Source: Candidatus Obscuribacteraceae bacterium
Lineage (GTDB): Bacteria; Cyanobacteriota; Vampirovibrionia; Obscuribacterales; Obscuribacteraceae
Assembly: GCA_044229845.1 (NCBI GenBank)
Contig: JBGASG010000004.1
Span: 192,001-256,000 of the forward strand
Direction: 5' to 3'
DNA length: 64,000 nucleotides
Position numbers and translations under genes: made by a program. Position 1 is the first letter of the stretch. The number at the start of each line of letters is the position of its first letter. Shown one piece after another: positions 33,351 through 44,900 of this stretch. A model generated the notes under the pieces. The model was not told the DNA's origin and searched no databases. It saw nothing but the letters and a program-made list of their open reading frames with translations.

Positions 33351-34292
33351 CTAAGTTTCCTGGGGAGCCATGTATTTGGCTTTGTATTCTTCGACCGTTT
33401 TCTTAGTTTCTTCGCTGTCTTGCGGCAGAAGCGGGAAGCCCATTTCGATGCGCTGCTCTAAATAAGCGCGCGCCACCCGGCGAGCCAGCACGGCGATTTT
33501 CTTGATGGTGGCCATACGCTCGTCGCGACCGAGAATGCCGCGAGCATCCATCAAGTTGAAGTTATGGGAGCACTTCAGAACTTGCTCGTAGGCAGGCATA
33601 ATCAGCTTCTCGTCCATCAAGCGCGCCGCTTCTTTCTCGTGCATGCGGAACATCGCCTGTAAAACTTCCGGGTCGGATTTTTCGAAGTTGTAGGTGGACT
33701 GCTCGATTTCGTTGCGCAAATACATCTCGCGGTAGGTGACTTTGTCGTTCCACTTGAGGTCGTAAACGCTTTCCACATTTTGCAAATACATGCTGATGCG
33801 CTCGAGACCGTAAGTGATTTCAGCGGCAATCGGCTTCAGGTCTATGCCGCCGGCTTGCTGGAAGTAGGTGAATTGCGTGATTTCCAGTCCGTCCAGCCAG
33901 ACTTCCCAGCCGACTCCCCAGGCGCCCAGAGTCGGCGACTCCCAGTTGTCTTCGACGAATCGAATGTCGTGATCTTGCGGGTTGATACCAAGTGCCTTCA
34001 GGCTCTCGATATAGACATCAAGCACGTCGTCGGGGGACGGCTTCAAAATTACCTGGTACTGGAAGTAGTGCTGCAGGCGGTTGGGGTTCTCGCCATAACG
34101 CCCATCGGTGGGGCGCCGGCAGGGATCCGCGGTTGCCATATTCCAGGGCTCCGGTCCGAGCACCCGCAAAAATGTGCCCGTACTCATCGTCGAGGCGCCC
34201 TTTTCCAGGTCGAACGGCTGCATTACAACACAGCCATACTTATCCCAGAAACCGTTAAGGGCGTGAATCACCTGCTGAAACGTCAGTGACAT
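33351..34292 (-). CDS. glyQ: Glycine--tRNA ligase alpha subunit
   Basis: [47 protein letters not shown]. Confidence 0.97.
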   Translation of the reverse strand: MSLTFQQVIHALNGFWDKYGCVVMQPFDLEKGASTMSTGTFLRVLGPEPWNMATADPCRRPTDGRYGENPNRLQHYFQYQVILKPSPDDVLDVYIESLKALGINPQDHDIRFVEDNWESPTLGAWGVGWEVWLDGLEITQFTYFQQAGGIDLKPIAAEITYGLERISMYLQNVESVYDLKWNDKVTYREMYLRNEIEQSTYNFEKSDPEVLQAMFRMHEKEAARLMDEKLIMPAYEQVLKCSHNFNLMDARGILGRDERMATIKKIAVLARRVARAYLEQRIEMGFPLLPQDSEETKKTVEEYKAKYMAPQET

Positions 34293-34545
34293 GAGCTTTT
34301 TCCTGTAGCGAGGACCCGAACCTTTGAGTTTACCACCACCTTTTTCTCTTAGGGCAGTGGTCAGGTGGAGCAATTCAGGTCAAAATAGAGACGGGATTAC
34401 CGTTACGTCCCATTGCCAAGCGCTTAGTTCATATATGTTCTTGGCACAATAAAGTCATATAATGGGCGGGTTCGCCTCGAAACGGGCTTCCATACTTACT
34501 CATCTCAATTTTTCCGATTTTTGATCTTACGAGGAAGGAAAGGCA

Positions 34546-35835
34546 ATGGTGCAACAACTAAGGACCGGACAACAGGCTCAACAGCAGGATTTCGTTCCTC
34601 CTTTCCCCAAGACCATCGAGGAAACTGGGCTGAAAGAAGGATTTCTTGAAGAGCTCATTCTGAAGGACATCTACCTGGTCAACTTCGCGCTCGGTCGTGA
34701 AGTCGCCCAGCGGACGCTGCTTCCCTTCAAAATCGTCGAGACCGTTCTCGAGTCGCTCAAGAAGCAAATGTTGCTTGAAGTGCGTGCATCCGGCGGTATC
34801 GCCGACTACGAATACACACCGACAGATAAAGGTCGCGACCGCGCCAGAGCTTATTTCGACCACAACACCTACGTGGGCGCCTGCCCGGTGCCGTGGACGA
34901 CCTACGTCGAGTCGCTCAAGTATCAAACCATTCGGAAAGAATCCGTTACACCGCGTGACCTGGAAGTCGCCTTCTCGGACATCATGGTCAACCGCAAAAC
35001 CATCAACACCGTCGGCCCAGCCATCAACTCCGGACGGGGGATGTTCTTGTTCGGTGATGCAGGCAACGGCAAAACTTCCATCGCAGAGCGTATCGCTCGG
35101 TCGTTCCGCGGTCACGTCTTCATTCCGTACGCCGTAGAAATCGATGGACAGATTGTCCGCGTCTACGACGGTCACAACCACCAGCAAGTCGCTGCCTCGG
35201 CTTATCCGCGTGATTACGACCATCGCTGGGTTCGCATTCAGCGTCCCTGCGTAGTCGTAGGCGGTGAGTTGACCATCGACATGCTGGAATTGCAATACGA
35301 CTATTCAGCCAAACTCTATGAAGCACCGTTGCAGCTCAAGTCCAATTGCGGACTGCTGCTGATCGACGACTTTGGCCGTCAGCGTATCGACCACAAATCC
35401 CTGTTGAACAGATGGATCGTTCCTCTGGAAAAACGTGTGGACTACCTGACACTGCACACCGGTAAGAAACTGGAAGTGCCGTTCGAACAACTGATCGTAT
35501 TCTCGACCAACCTCAACCCATCAGACCTGGTCGACGAAGCGTTCCTTCGCCGTATTCCGTACAAGATTCACATCACCAGCCCGACTGAAGAAGAATTCAA
35601 ATGGATCTTCCTGCAGTACTGCCAGCGCGCCGGTGTGCCGTACAACGAAGAAGCGGTCAACTACTTGATCGAAACCCAATATCGCAGCGGTCGCCGCGCC
35701 ATGCGTTGCTGCCACCCGCGCGACATCATCGATCAGGTCACCAACCTCTGCAAATTCCTGCAGGCCGAGCCGCGCTTGACCAGAGAATACCTGGATCACG
35801 CCTGCTCCGTTTACTTCGCCGCCATGGGCAAGTAA
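34546..35835 (+). CDS. AAA+ ATPase with N-terminal winged-helix-like region, of a type associated with Flp/Tad loci
   Basis: GDAGNGKT Walker A, LLLIDD Walker B, NRWIVPLE, FSTNLNP, AFLRRIPYK; GAGGAAGG SD. Confidence 0.85.
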   Translation: MVQQLRTGQQAQQQDFVPPFPKTIEETGLKEGFLEELILKDIYLVNFALGREVAQRTLLPFKIVETVLESLKKQMLLEVRASGGIADYEYTPTDKGRDRARAYFDHNTYVGACPVPWTTYVESLKYQTIRKESVTPRDLEVAFSDIMVNRKTINTVGPAINSGRGMFLFGDAGNGKTSIAERIARSFRGHVFIPYAVEIDGQIVRVYDGHNHQQVAASAYPRDYDHRWVRIQRPCVVVGGELTIDMLELQYDYSAKLYEAPLQLKSNCGLLLIDDFGRQRIDHKSLLNRWIVPLEKRVDYLTLHTGKKLEVPFEQLIVFSTNLNPSDLVDEAFLRRIPYKIHITSPTEEEFKWIFLQYCQRAGVPYNEEAVNYLIETQYRSGRRAMRCCHPRDIIDQVTNLCKFLQAEPRLTREYLDHACSVYFAAMGK

Positions 35836-35868
35836 GCGCCCCACAGGTTCTTCAGAAATAAGTACAAG

Positions 35869-35900
35869 AAACGAGCGAGGCGTTCCGTCTCGCTCGTTTT
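35869..35900 (+). terminator. Intrinsic terminator after the AAA ATPase gene
   Basis: AAACGAGCGAGGCG-TTC-CGTCTCGCTCGTTTT. Confidence 0.75.
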
Positions 35901-36085
35901 GTCACCACATGCGGTGCCGCCTCAGGAGCGCCGGTCGAACCCGCTCTCATACGTGATTACCCCACTCGGTGACTTCCACTGCCGTCGACTTAGGGTTATA
36001 TTGGCGGAGCTCCTTTGCCCGCAGCCGTCCGCTTGGCGTTGAATCTCGAAATAGCTGCGCACAAAACAGAACCGAGGATTCAACG

Positions 36086-36673
36086 ATGCCAACACTCCCA
36101 ATTGGCCGTATGGTCACGCCCGTTTTTGCCCTTTCCTTACTAATCAGTTCATTTCTAAATACATCTGTCTGCTCGCCCTGCGCGAGCGCACAGCAAGCCG
36201 GCTCGACAAGCCAGACCGGCGGCAACAGCAGCGGCGCTGGTGGAGCGCCGACTTTCACTTTGCCGAATTTCATCGGTGACGCGCGCGCCGGCGACTTATA
36301 TGAATACATGCATCCCACTCAAAAGCCGTCCTGGGACACATATCGCAAGTATCTGGAGGGGATCAACGCACCGACCGTAAGCCAGCAACCGCTGCGCAAA
36401 AGCCCGGATCCCTCGACGGCCACCAATACCGGCACCATCGGTACGACCATGCAGGCAGCTGCCGGCAGCGCCGTTTCGTCACTGAGCGGCAACAACGGTG
36501 GCAGCGGCGGCTCCACGGCGCCAGCTCAATCCAGCCAACCACTGGTCGAAACCACAACGCCTCCAGAAGCGACAGCCAGCAACTTCGATCTGCCTGGGGC
36601 AGGCGCCTCAACCAACGTCAGCGGCATGGTCGTCGGACCCGGGTCGGATCTGGTGCCTGGACTTTTGCCTTAG
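36086..36673 (+). CDS. Secreted low-complexity (Ser/Thr/Gly/Pro-rich) hypothetical protein
   Basis: GAGGA SD, hydrophobic signal-like segment, largely low-complexity body. Confidence 0.6.
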   Translation: MPTLPIGRMVTPVFALSLLISSFLNTSVCSPCASAQQAGSTSQTGGNSSGAGGAPTFTLPNFIGDARAGDLYEYMHPTQKPSWDTYRKYLEGINAPTVSQQPLRKSPDPSTATNTGTIGTTMQAAAGSAVSSLSGNNGGSGGSTAPAQSSQPLVETTTPPEATASNFDLPGAGASTNVSGMVVGPGSDLVPGLLP

Positions 36674-36852
36674 CCTCCTCAGGATCGATCGCGCGCGCTG
36701 GGCTGTTCACCATATCTGGTGGCAGTCAGCCGCGCTCGCCGGATGCCGCGGCAAATGTCGCAAACCTGAGACAAAGCACAGCCGAAACGCCGCCCCGGGC
36801 GCCCTTTTGAGATATGTTATCATGAGGCGTTTTCAGGCATGGCGTCCGGCAT

Positions 36853-38130
36853 TTGTTAGGCACTTCTAATCGTTCGAATTCGAGTACGGGCAGCAAGCAA
36901 CTGCTCGCAGAAGGCACTGGCACTATGGCACCAGATATGGTGCTGGCGGCGAGCAGCGATTCCGGACAGCGCTGGCGCCCGGTGCTCAGCGCCGGGCTGG
37001 CGGCCGTCGGCTGCGTCTTCTTCTGCCTGACGCTCAGCAAAATGAATGCCGGGCTGCAGGCGCTGCCCTGGTATGTCACCCTGGGAGCGCTGGCGGTTCT
37101 GGCGCTGGGCTCCGTCCGCCGCTCAGGAGGTTTCTTCAATTGCACGGATGCGGTGCACATCACCGGATTTCGTGATCGTGAACCGCTGAACATTCTGGAG
37201 TCGCTGGCAGCCAGCTATCTGGTGGCGGCGCTCATTCTCTACAGCTTCGCCTGCCTCTCGCTCTGGTTGCCGAAAAAACCCGTCTTGACCAGGCACGTGG
37301 TCGACATCGAGTTCACATCGCTCACCGACCGAGTCGACAATCAGGAAGTTTTGCCGGGCGAGATACAGCCGGAAGAAGTACGCAAGCGTACGGGCGACCT
37401 GGTCACGGCGCAAGGCTCGCTGCAACCGACTGCCGCACCGCAAGCCGCTGCCGAGCGCCAGGAGCCGGAGAAGAAGATCCTCGAGAAACACGAAACTTAC
37501 TCCAAGCCGGAAACGGCTACCAAACCCTTAGCACCACCTGCGGTATCGTCGGCACCACTGATTCCGCCCGTCGCCACTCCGCTCGGCTTTCAGCCGCCGG
37601 CGAAGTCGCAACCGCTCTCCATGCCCTCCAGCTGGTCGACGCAGGTCGTAAAAAACCTGCCGCCGCGACCCCGCACTGCGGTAAAAGACGGACCCATGTT
37701 CGAGGAAGTGCAACCACCTGAACTGGTCGAGATGGTAGACAACGAAGGCAGCGTGGACGCCACCAAGGTCACTCAGATGGGCGGTCGGTCATCAGGCGGA
37801 ACGGGCGCCAAAAGCGATCTCAACACCTATCTGAAAGAGCTGCACAAGAAAATCAAAACAGCCTGGGCGCCGCCTCGGGGACAGTCGCGGCGCGCTGAAA
37901 TTCTGTTTCGCATTGCCAAGCCGGGTCGTCTGACTTCGCTGCGCCTGGTGAAATCATCCGGAGACGGCGAAACCGACGAGGCAGCCATGCATGCCGTAGC
38001 CGAAGCGGTGAAAGGACAACCCGATCTGCCTCCCGCCTACGCCATGCCTTATCTGGATGTGCTCTACACCTTCAATTACACTGCCGATGAGCTGCAGGAA
38101 GTCGGAAAACCCGGCAACGGCGACCGCTAG
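36853..38130 (+). CDS. Membrane protein with three TM helices, Pro-rich linker and TonB C-terminal domain
   Basis: YLKELHKKIKTAW, ILFRIAKPGRL, SSGDGETDEAAMHAV; start uncertain. Confidence 0.75.
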   Translation: MLGTSNRSNSSTGSKQLLAEGTGTMAPDMVLAASSDSGQRWRPVLSAGLAAVGCVFFCLTLSKMNAGLQALPWYVTLGALAVLALGSVRRSGGFFNCTDAVHITGFRDREPLNILESLAASYLVAALILYSFACLSLWLPKKPVLTRHVVDIEFTSLTDRVDNQEVLPGEIQPEEVRKRTGDLVTAQGSLQPTAAPQAAAERQEPEKKILEKHETYSKPETATKPLAPPAVSSAPLIPPVATPLGFQPPAKSQPLSMPSSWSTQVVKNLPPRPRTAVKDGPMFEEVQPPELVEMVDNEGSVDATKVTQMGGRSSGGTGAKSDLNTYLKELHKKIKTAWAPPRGQSRRAEILFRIAKPGRLTSLRLVKSSGDGETDEAAMHAVAEAVKGQPDLPPAYAMPYLDVLYTFNYTADELQEVGKPGNGDR

Positions 38131-38166
38131 GCGCTTGAGCCCGGTCCGGCAGGGCATATATAGGTT

Positions 38167-39960
38167 GTGAAACCGACAAAAACCTCTGAAAGCCAGCTAG
38201 CCGAATTTATCTGCTCGACCTGCCAGAAGCCGATCAGCTTGAAGGCGCGCAGCGACGTGACGCGCTTTCTCTCTTTTGAAAGCCGCTGCATGTGCGGCGA
38301 CGCTCCGGAAGACTCAACGGCGGCTCCACAGCTGGTGGAGGTGCCGGATGAATCCGCCGTACTGACGCTCTTACAGGGGGCGCAAGAAGCTCTCGGTGAC
38401 GGCTATGAAGTACTCGAGCTTTTGCGCTCCGGACTGACGGGCGACGTTTTTAAAGTGCGCGAAAAGGGGCTCGATAAGCTGTTTGCGGTAAAGATTTTGC
38501 ACCCGGACCTGGCTGCCGACATTAATCTGGTCAAGATGTTTCAGCAGCAAGCGCAGGCGGCTCAGGACCTGACCCATGTCAATCTGGCTGCGGTTTACCA
38601 GTTTCAGCGCGGTGGCGCCGGCGCACCATACATCATCATGGATTACCTGGATGGTCAGACGCTCGACGAAGAGTTAGCCAACCACGGGTTTCTTGACGTA
38701 CCGCGCGCCCTGGATATTTTCATCCAGGCTGCAGAGGCACTGGCACACGCTCACAACAAAGGTGTCGTTCACCACGACTTGAAGCCGTCCAACCTGGTGC
38801 TCTGCCACGGAGACAGCGGACAAGAGCTGGTGAAGCTGGTCGACTTCGGCATCGCCCGCTCATTGCCGTCTGCACCGAGCGACGGCACTACCACCGGTGG
38901 CACAACCACTGCCGGCAAACGCTCCTCCGGTCACCCCACGAAGCCGGTCGCCGGCAGCCCACGCCATATGTCGCCGGAGCAATGTCTGTCGCGTCCTCTC
39001 GATGCCCGTTCGGACATCTACTCCTTCGGTTGCATCATGTATGAGGCATTGACAAATGTCCCCGTCTTCACAGACAAAAACCCACTGAGAGTGATGGTCA
39101 AGCAGGTGGGTACCAAGCCGCGTGCCTTTGCGGAACTGAAATACGAATATCAGGTGCCGGCACCCCTCGAGCAGGTTGTGTTTCGTTGTCTGGAGAAGAA
39201 TCCCAGCGGGCGTTACCAGAGCGCGCAAGCTCTTCTCGATGATCTGCAGCGCGTCAAAGCCGGCGAACCATTGGCACCGCCCCCGCCACCACCACCATGG
39301 TGGCAATTTTTCAATGAGAACCCGCTGGTCACAGGCGGTGTGGCAATAGTTATGCTGGCGACTTTGCTCGTCGTCTGGGCATTCGGCGCTTTCATGCTGC
39401 GCACGCACTTTCACAATCTGGCCGAGAACGACCAGTCGATAACAAAGCGGGCTGTGGTCGCCCTGCCGCGACCGGCCGTCCAATCGACTAAAAAGAGCGT
39501 TACCCCAGCCAAGCCAAAAATCCAGGATAAAAGCGCCTTCGACTGGAACAATGACGGACTCAACGGCACCGCCGATCACGATTCGCGCGTTCTCGAAGAC
39601 TGGGCCGACACTTATTATGCAGACGGTGACTACAAACGCGCCGCTTCGTTATTGGAGTTCATCGTCAGCTCCTACAACGACGGCCTTGTCGAATACGATG
39701 ACAGCGACAGAGAAAAGGCGCTGCTCGCTGAAAAATGCCAACGCCTGGCTCATTGTTATGTCGAATTGAAAGAGCCGCAGAAAGCCGTTGAACACTTCCG
39801 CGAAGCGATCTCTCTATCGCAGGAAACGGCGGATTCCAAAAACCTGGCCAAGCTGATCTATGATTACTCCAAGGTGCTCGAGTCACTGGGCAAAACGAAA
39901 GTCGCGCACCAGATGGTCAACGAGTATAAGAACAACGGGCGCCTGGCAGTCATTCCTTAG
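38167..39960 (+). CDS. Hanks-type Ser/Thr kinase-like protein with TM helix and C-terminal TPR region
   Basis: AVKIL, HHDLKPSN, DFG, MSPEQ, SDIYSFG; poly-Pro then TM; TPR-like helices. Confidence 0.9.
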   Translation: MKPTKTSESQLAEFICSTCQKPISLKARSDVTRFLSFESRCMCGDAPEDSTAAPQLVEVPDESAVLTLLQGAQEALGDGYEVLELLRSGLTGDVFKVREKGLDKLFAVKILHPDLAADINLVKMFQQQAQAAQDLTHVNLAAVYQFQRGGAGAPYIIMDYLDGQTLDEELANHGFLDVPRALDIFIQAAEALAHAHNKGVVHHDLKPSNLVLCHGDSGQELVKLVDFGIARSLPSAPSDGTTTGGTTTAGKRSSGHPTKPVAGSPRHMSPEQCLSRPLDARSDIYSFGCIMYEALTNVPVFTDKNPLRVMVKQVGTKPRAFAELKYEYQVPAPLEQVVFRCLEKNPSGRYQSAQALLDDLQRVKAGEPLAPPPPPPPWWQFFNENPLVTGGVAIVMLATLLVVWAFGAFMLRTHFHNLAENDQSITKRAVVALPRPAVQSTKKSVTPAKPKIQDKSAFDWNNDGLNGTADHDSRVLEDWADTYYADGDYKRAASLLEFIVSSYNDGLVEYDDSDREKALLAEKCQRLAHCYVELKEPQKAVEHFREAISLSQETADSKNLAKLIYDYSKVLESLGKTKVAHQMVNEYKNNGRLAVIP

Positions 39961-41878
39961 ACGGCGCAATCTTCAGGTTTCTTTTGACGTCGACACCCAT
40001 GTAAGTCAGATAGCGCACGATGCGCGGCGTCAGGCGCCCGTTCAGAACGGCATGGTGATCGGCTGTCAGCGTTATGGTACCGGTGGCGAACCGGGTTACC
40101 GTCACAGCCGGGAGCGGCGCTCGCCAGAATAAGAACAGCAGCGTGGCGACAAACACCACAGCGGCCGGCAGCCGATGGCGCCGCAAGCGCGCCGATAAAG
40201 CAGCCAGCAGAAAAGCCGCATAGTAAAGCGCGATAGATAGTGTGGTTGGCGGTCCGATCACCAGCCGATTAGCGCCGTCGGCGGCAAAAAAGCGCGCCAC
40301 CACAATCAAGAATTCCAGAGGCAGTCGGCAGATGAGATCGCACAGCCACGTCAGGTGAGCGAAGGCGGGCACAACCGGCTCCAGACTGGCGGTCAGAGAA
40401 GAAACAAAACCGACGACCGTCAGCGGTGCCACCGCTGGCGCCACCAGCAGATTGGTCACCAGAAACATCGTGCCGACTTGCCAGAAGTGGTAGAGGAGCA
40501 CTGGCAAAACCGCCAGCTGCGCCGCCAGAATCACACCAATAGCTGCCGACGGGACTTTATGCAATCGACAGGCGGTCAGCGTTTCTTGCATGCTGCCGCT
40601 GACGAGGACGATGCCGATTGCCGCGCAATATGAAAGCTGCAAACCGATGTCGGTGATGGACAGGGGATCGAGCAGCACGGTGCCCATGAGGGCCAGACTA
40701 ATGATGGCCGGCGTGTGGGGACTGCGGTACAACGCCCTGCACAAGAGCGTCAAAGTGCACATGACTGCGGCGCGATTCACCGAAGGAGACGCGCCGGACA
40801 GCAAACAAAATGCCAGAATACCGCTGAGCGACAGGGTGCTGATCAGCCAATCGGAGGAAAGCAGCCGCGCCGCGACGAAATAGAGCGACCCTGAGGCAAT
40901 CGTGAGATTAAATCCGGATGCTGCCAGCAAGTGCGACAAACCGACATTGCGGAAGTCATCGACCAGCTGCTGGGGAGGATTGACGGCGCGGCTGCCGATC
41001 ACGATCGAGGACAGCAAGTCTCCCAGTTGCGTCCCCAGCGTGCGCCGGTGGCTCTCGACTATACCGCTGCGCAACCTGTCGACTTGGGCTCCCAAAAGGT
41101 AGAGGCAGTCGACGAATTGACTGATGCGGTCGGCGGGAAGCTGATCTGCCGGGAGCGGAACGATACTTTGCCCCGATTCGTCTCTCAAGAGCGATAGAAT
41201 GCCGCGCCTTTTCAAATAGCCTCCGTAGTCGAAGTCGTACGGGTGCGCTGCATGTCCTGGTCGCGTCAGCTTGCCTTTGACTACCACCCGGTCGCCGGCT
41301 CGCAGCGTTTCGCCCGCCTGGTGCGAGACCACCAGCACCACACCTTGATATTGACGGGCGCTGGGAAACAATACGGTCGTCACAGCAATTTGCAGTCGCC
41401 TTTGCTGCCGCTTTGCAGAATTGAGATGACCTGCGTCACCTTCGACGGCAATCACTCGCCCTGCAAAAACAATCGCGGGCAACCCGGTCAGAGTGGCTAT
41501 GTCAGATCGTTCCATCAGGCGCAGCCGCCACTGCGCATATCCGAAGGACAGCAGGGTAAAAGCACACAGCAGACAGCCAAATAGAAACGACCGGCGGGCG
41601 ATACCACATACGATACCGATGGCAATTACCGCCAGCAGCAAGCCGTTGGCGGTCAGCACCGCGGCCGCACAACCGCAAAGAACAAAGGCCGACAGCAAGA
41701 CAAACAGCCGCGGATAGACCGCGAAGCAGGCATTGAAGCCTGACTCCAAACCAGCCAGCAAAGCGGCAGGCAGGCGAGCAGGCAAATCGGGTTTGACCGA
41801 CGGCGCGACAACGTCACACCGCCCATTGAGCACGGGCATGCAGCACCTCATCGAGCGATCTTCGCGAGTTGACCTCAT
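39950..41878 (-). CDS. comEC: ComEC/Rec2 competence membrane protein (no C-terminal beta-lactamase domain)
   Basis: FDYGGYL OB region, GLSHLLAASGFN, SPSVNRA, GLQLSY, many TM helices; start uncertain. Confidence 0.88.
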   Translation of the reverse strand: MRSTREDRSMRCCMPVLNGRCDVVAPSVKPDLPARLPAALLAGLESGFNACFAVYPRLFVLLSAFVLCGCAAAVLTANGLLLAVIAIGIVCGIARRSFLFGCLLCAFTLLSFGYAQWRLRLMERSDIATLTGLPAIVFAGRVIAVEGDAGHLNSAKRQQRRLQIAVTTVLFPSARQYQGVVLVVSHQAGETLRAGDRVVVKGKLTRPGHAAHPYDFDYGGYLKRRGILSLLRDESGQSIVPLPADQLPADRISQFVDCLYLLGAQVDRLRSGIVESHRRTLGTQLGDLLSSIVIGSRAVNPPQQLVDDFRNVGLSHLLAASGFNLTIASGSLYFVAARLLSSDWLISTLSLSGILAFCLLSGASPSVNRAAVMCTLTLLCRALYRSPHTPAIISLALMGTVLLDPLSITDIGLQLSYCAAIGIVLVSGSMQETLTACRLHKVPSAAIGVILAAQLAVLPVLLYHFWQVGTMFLVTNLLVAPAVAPLTVVGFVSSLTASLEPVVPAFAHLTWLCDLICRLPLEFLIVVARFFAADGANRLVIGPPTTLSIALYYAAFLLAALSARLRRHRLPAAVVFVATLLFLFWRAPLPAVTVTRFATGTITLTADHHAVLNGRLTPRIVRYLTYMGVDVKRNLKIAPSKE

Positions 41879-41925
41879 CTTATATAACGTTGTTCGCAGT
41901 CAAAAAGTTCAATCTTGAAAGATGA

Positions 41926-41953
41926 AAAAGGCGAGACTTGCGTCTCGCCTTTT
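41926..41953 (-). terminator. Intrinsic terminator after the 1009-aa gene
   Basis: AAAAGGCGAGAC-TTGC-GTCTCGCCTTTT perfect inverted repeat with A/T flanks. Confidence 0.8.
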
Positions 41954-41974
41954 ATGGTTACCATCCACGATTTT

Positions 41975-44900
41975 TCACTTGGGTCGCTGTCCGCCCGGTC
42001 CGGGAATTGCCCAGGGGTTGGTTGCGGAGTTGGTGTACTGCGCATCGACGGCAGCCGGTATGGCCTGTTTGATGCGAGCCATTTCGGTGAGAATCAGCTT
42101 GTTGTTCGGATTATCGCGTTGCAGCGCGGTAGCCAGACGCATAGCTTCAGCAGCCTTAGCATAAGCGATCACTGCACCTTCGCCGTCGCGACCGCTGTTG
42201 GCCTTGACTTCGGCGATAGCGACTGCAGTCATAGCCAGGTCGCGACACAGCTTGGCTTTCCAGGCGGGATCGTTGTCGGGAACGGCATTGATCTTGGCGG
42301 CCAATTTGACCACAAATTCAGCCAGCGGACCCTGGTCACCACCTTTGGTGTCCATGTACTCGATCTGCTTGATAATGCCCGCTACATCTTGCTCGCCGTA
42401 GACTTTGTTCAGCTCAGCCTCGACGCGAGCGCGCAGGTTGGCGGCCTGTTGTGCTTCATCGCCGATCGCCTTCCCGTAGACCTGTTCCGTGGGATGCGCT
42501 TTGGCATATTGTTCCATCTGCCAGAGCGTACCGGCGGCTTCGCGCAAGGCTTGAGTACCTTCGCCACCCAGGTCGACATAAGTGTTCGGGAAGTAGCGTT
42601 TGTTTTGGTCGTGGTTTTTGCCGTCCAGCAAGCGGCTGCCCTGATCCATGCGACCCAGACCCTGACCGGCGGCGAGGATAGCGGCTCCGCGCCAGGCAAT
42701 CATCTGCGGGTCCTTGCTGTCGCCTGATTCTTTGCGGAACCAGTCCCAGCGCATCAATTCAAGAGCACCCTCGTTTTGTTTGCCGATGGAGCGCGCCTTG
42801 TCGACGGCATCCTGGAACGACTGTTCGGTGCGCCCAGTGACGGCGACGTTGAGCGATTCGACGGCGGCATCGCGATCTTGTTTCGGATCATGTCCATCGT
42901 TGCCGGCAATGGCGATCACTTTGCCCAGTCCCCAGCCGACTGTCGCGGCAGCGGCTCGAGCACGCCAATCCGGCAGAGGCAACATGGCGCCGGCGGTGGA
43001 AAGACCGACTTCGGTCCAGCTTGGTCTGCCCAGTTCGGCGAAGCGTCCTGAGGGTTCGCCCACCATTTGACCGAACAAGTTGGAGGCAATGTATGCCGTG
43101 GCGCTGTATGCGATCTTCTTGCCGATTCCCCACTTGGGGTTCAACATGATGAACGGCAGAGCCGCCATTTCAAAGCCCCAGGCGCTCTGTCCTGTGAGTT
43201 TGGGATCTTTACCGAGAGCTTTGCTGATTGCATAGTCTGCGGCTATGTTGATGGCTGTGGTGCCCAGACCGATGGTCACGCCTTCGCCGAGAGCCATACC
43301 ATAGCCCTTCAGCTTTGCCAGTCCGAACCCTTCTTGAGCTGTCGTCTTGGCGCTGTTGAGTGCGGTTTCAGCTGCAGTGAATTCCGCCGTCGCTTTAGTG
43401 ACGGCACCAGTGGCAGCTGTTTTGGCAGCGAGAGCGTCTCTGTATCTTGCCAGAGTCGCGGCTTCAGCCTGTGTGAAGGTAGCAGCTTCTTCGACAGCCT
43501 GCGCCGTCATGCCAGGCACTTTGACGAAGTCCAGTTTGTCCGCAGCATTCGGAGCGGCTTTGACCAGGGTCTCGAAAGTGCTGGCGGCAGTATCACGCGC
43601 AGTGGTGGCAGCGGTAGCCGCTACTTGAGCAGCATCGCGCGTGGCGGTGGCGGTAATTTGATTCGCACCAGATTGTTGCAGGGCTTTCAGAGCCTGTACT
43701 TCAGTGGGATCCAGGTTGAACTTGTTTTTGGCGATCGAGATCATCCGATCGGTGAGTTTGCCGGCGGCGTGAGCTGGGTCTTCTACCCAGGCGCGTTTAG
43801 CGGCGTCGCTGAACAGCGACTTCGGCAGTCCGTCTTGGGCGGCCTTGGTGGCGGCGGTCGCTTGCGTGAGAGCTTGTTCTGCGGTGGCCAGTTCAGTCTG
43901 TTTGACAGCGGCTTCGCTGGCGGCTTGCACGTAGGCTTTAGCCGGTGCAACTTCTGCCGGATCGAGTATCGAACGCGAAGCGATCGCAGCATCGGTCAAG
44001 TTTGAGCCTTGAGCTTTGAAAAATGCATCCTGTGCATCGGCAATCACCGCACCACGCGCAGCATCAGCTCGGGTGGCCGCGATCATGCGCGTGACGGCAT
44101 TTTGTTCGGTCAAGAAAGCAGTGGCGGCCAGACCTTCATTGTGAGTGGCGGAATTGAGAGCCGTCTGCATGGCATCGAAAGTGCCTTGCGTGGTGGCCAG
44201 CGAACGCGTGGTCGGACTCAAATGATCGCCAAAAAACTTGCCGTATTTGCTCTCTTGATAGGGAGCCGGCAAGCGCATGAAGACATCATCGGCGGCCTTC
44301 CAGGCAACGCCGGAAGCGCCCCCGACAACGACGCCGGTATTGAGCAAGTCGTTGAGTTTGGTGCGCAGATAGAGCGAATCTTCGACGGGTCCACGGGCTT
44401 TGGAATAAATGTCGATCAGCTCGCCGTCGACGCCGAATGGCACGAAGGTGTTGCCGAACCGCACGCCCTGACCCGGTCTGGTAGCCACAGAACCGGGACC
44501 GACGACGTTCTGTTCGTTGGGTGTAATGGTTTTGATCCAGTCCGGAACTGTTTCCTGTCCAATCGGTCCGGTCGGACCAGTGCCTTCCGTTCTATATACA
44601 GGAGGTTGGGTGCCGCCGGTGACGACGGGAGCCGGATAAGGAGTAGCGCGACCATCATTAGGTACGCTTGGTGCCACGAAGGGACCGCCGGTGCCGGTCG
44701 CGAATGGATTCTCGCCGTTGCCGCCGACGCCGACAACCGTCGTCGGTTTCGGTCCGATATATGGTGTTTCTCCGCTGCCGGTAGCTTGCTGCGCGCTCGG
44801 AGCCACTTCGCCCCAAGTTCTGCGCCACTGCGGAACGCCGCCTGTGCCGTTGGCGTTGGGATCTTGTCCATAACGCGGGTCGCCTTGTACGTAGCCTTTT

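Noticed and set aside
34414..34460. TGCCAAG/CTTGGCA inverted repeat and TGGCAC as a sigma54 -24 element
   Set aside because: No TTGC -12 element at the required spacing; repeat too short to call
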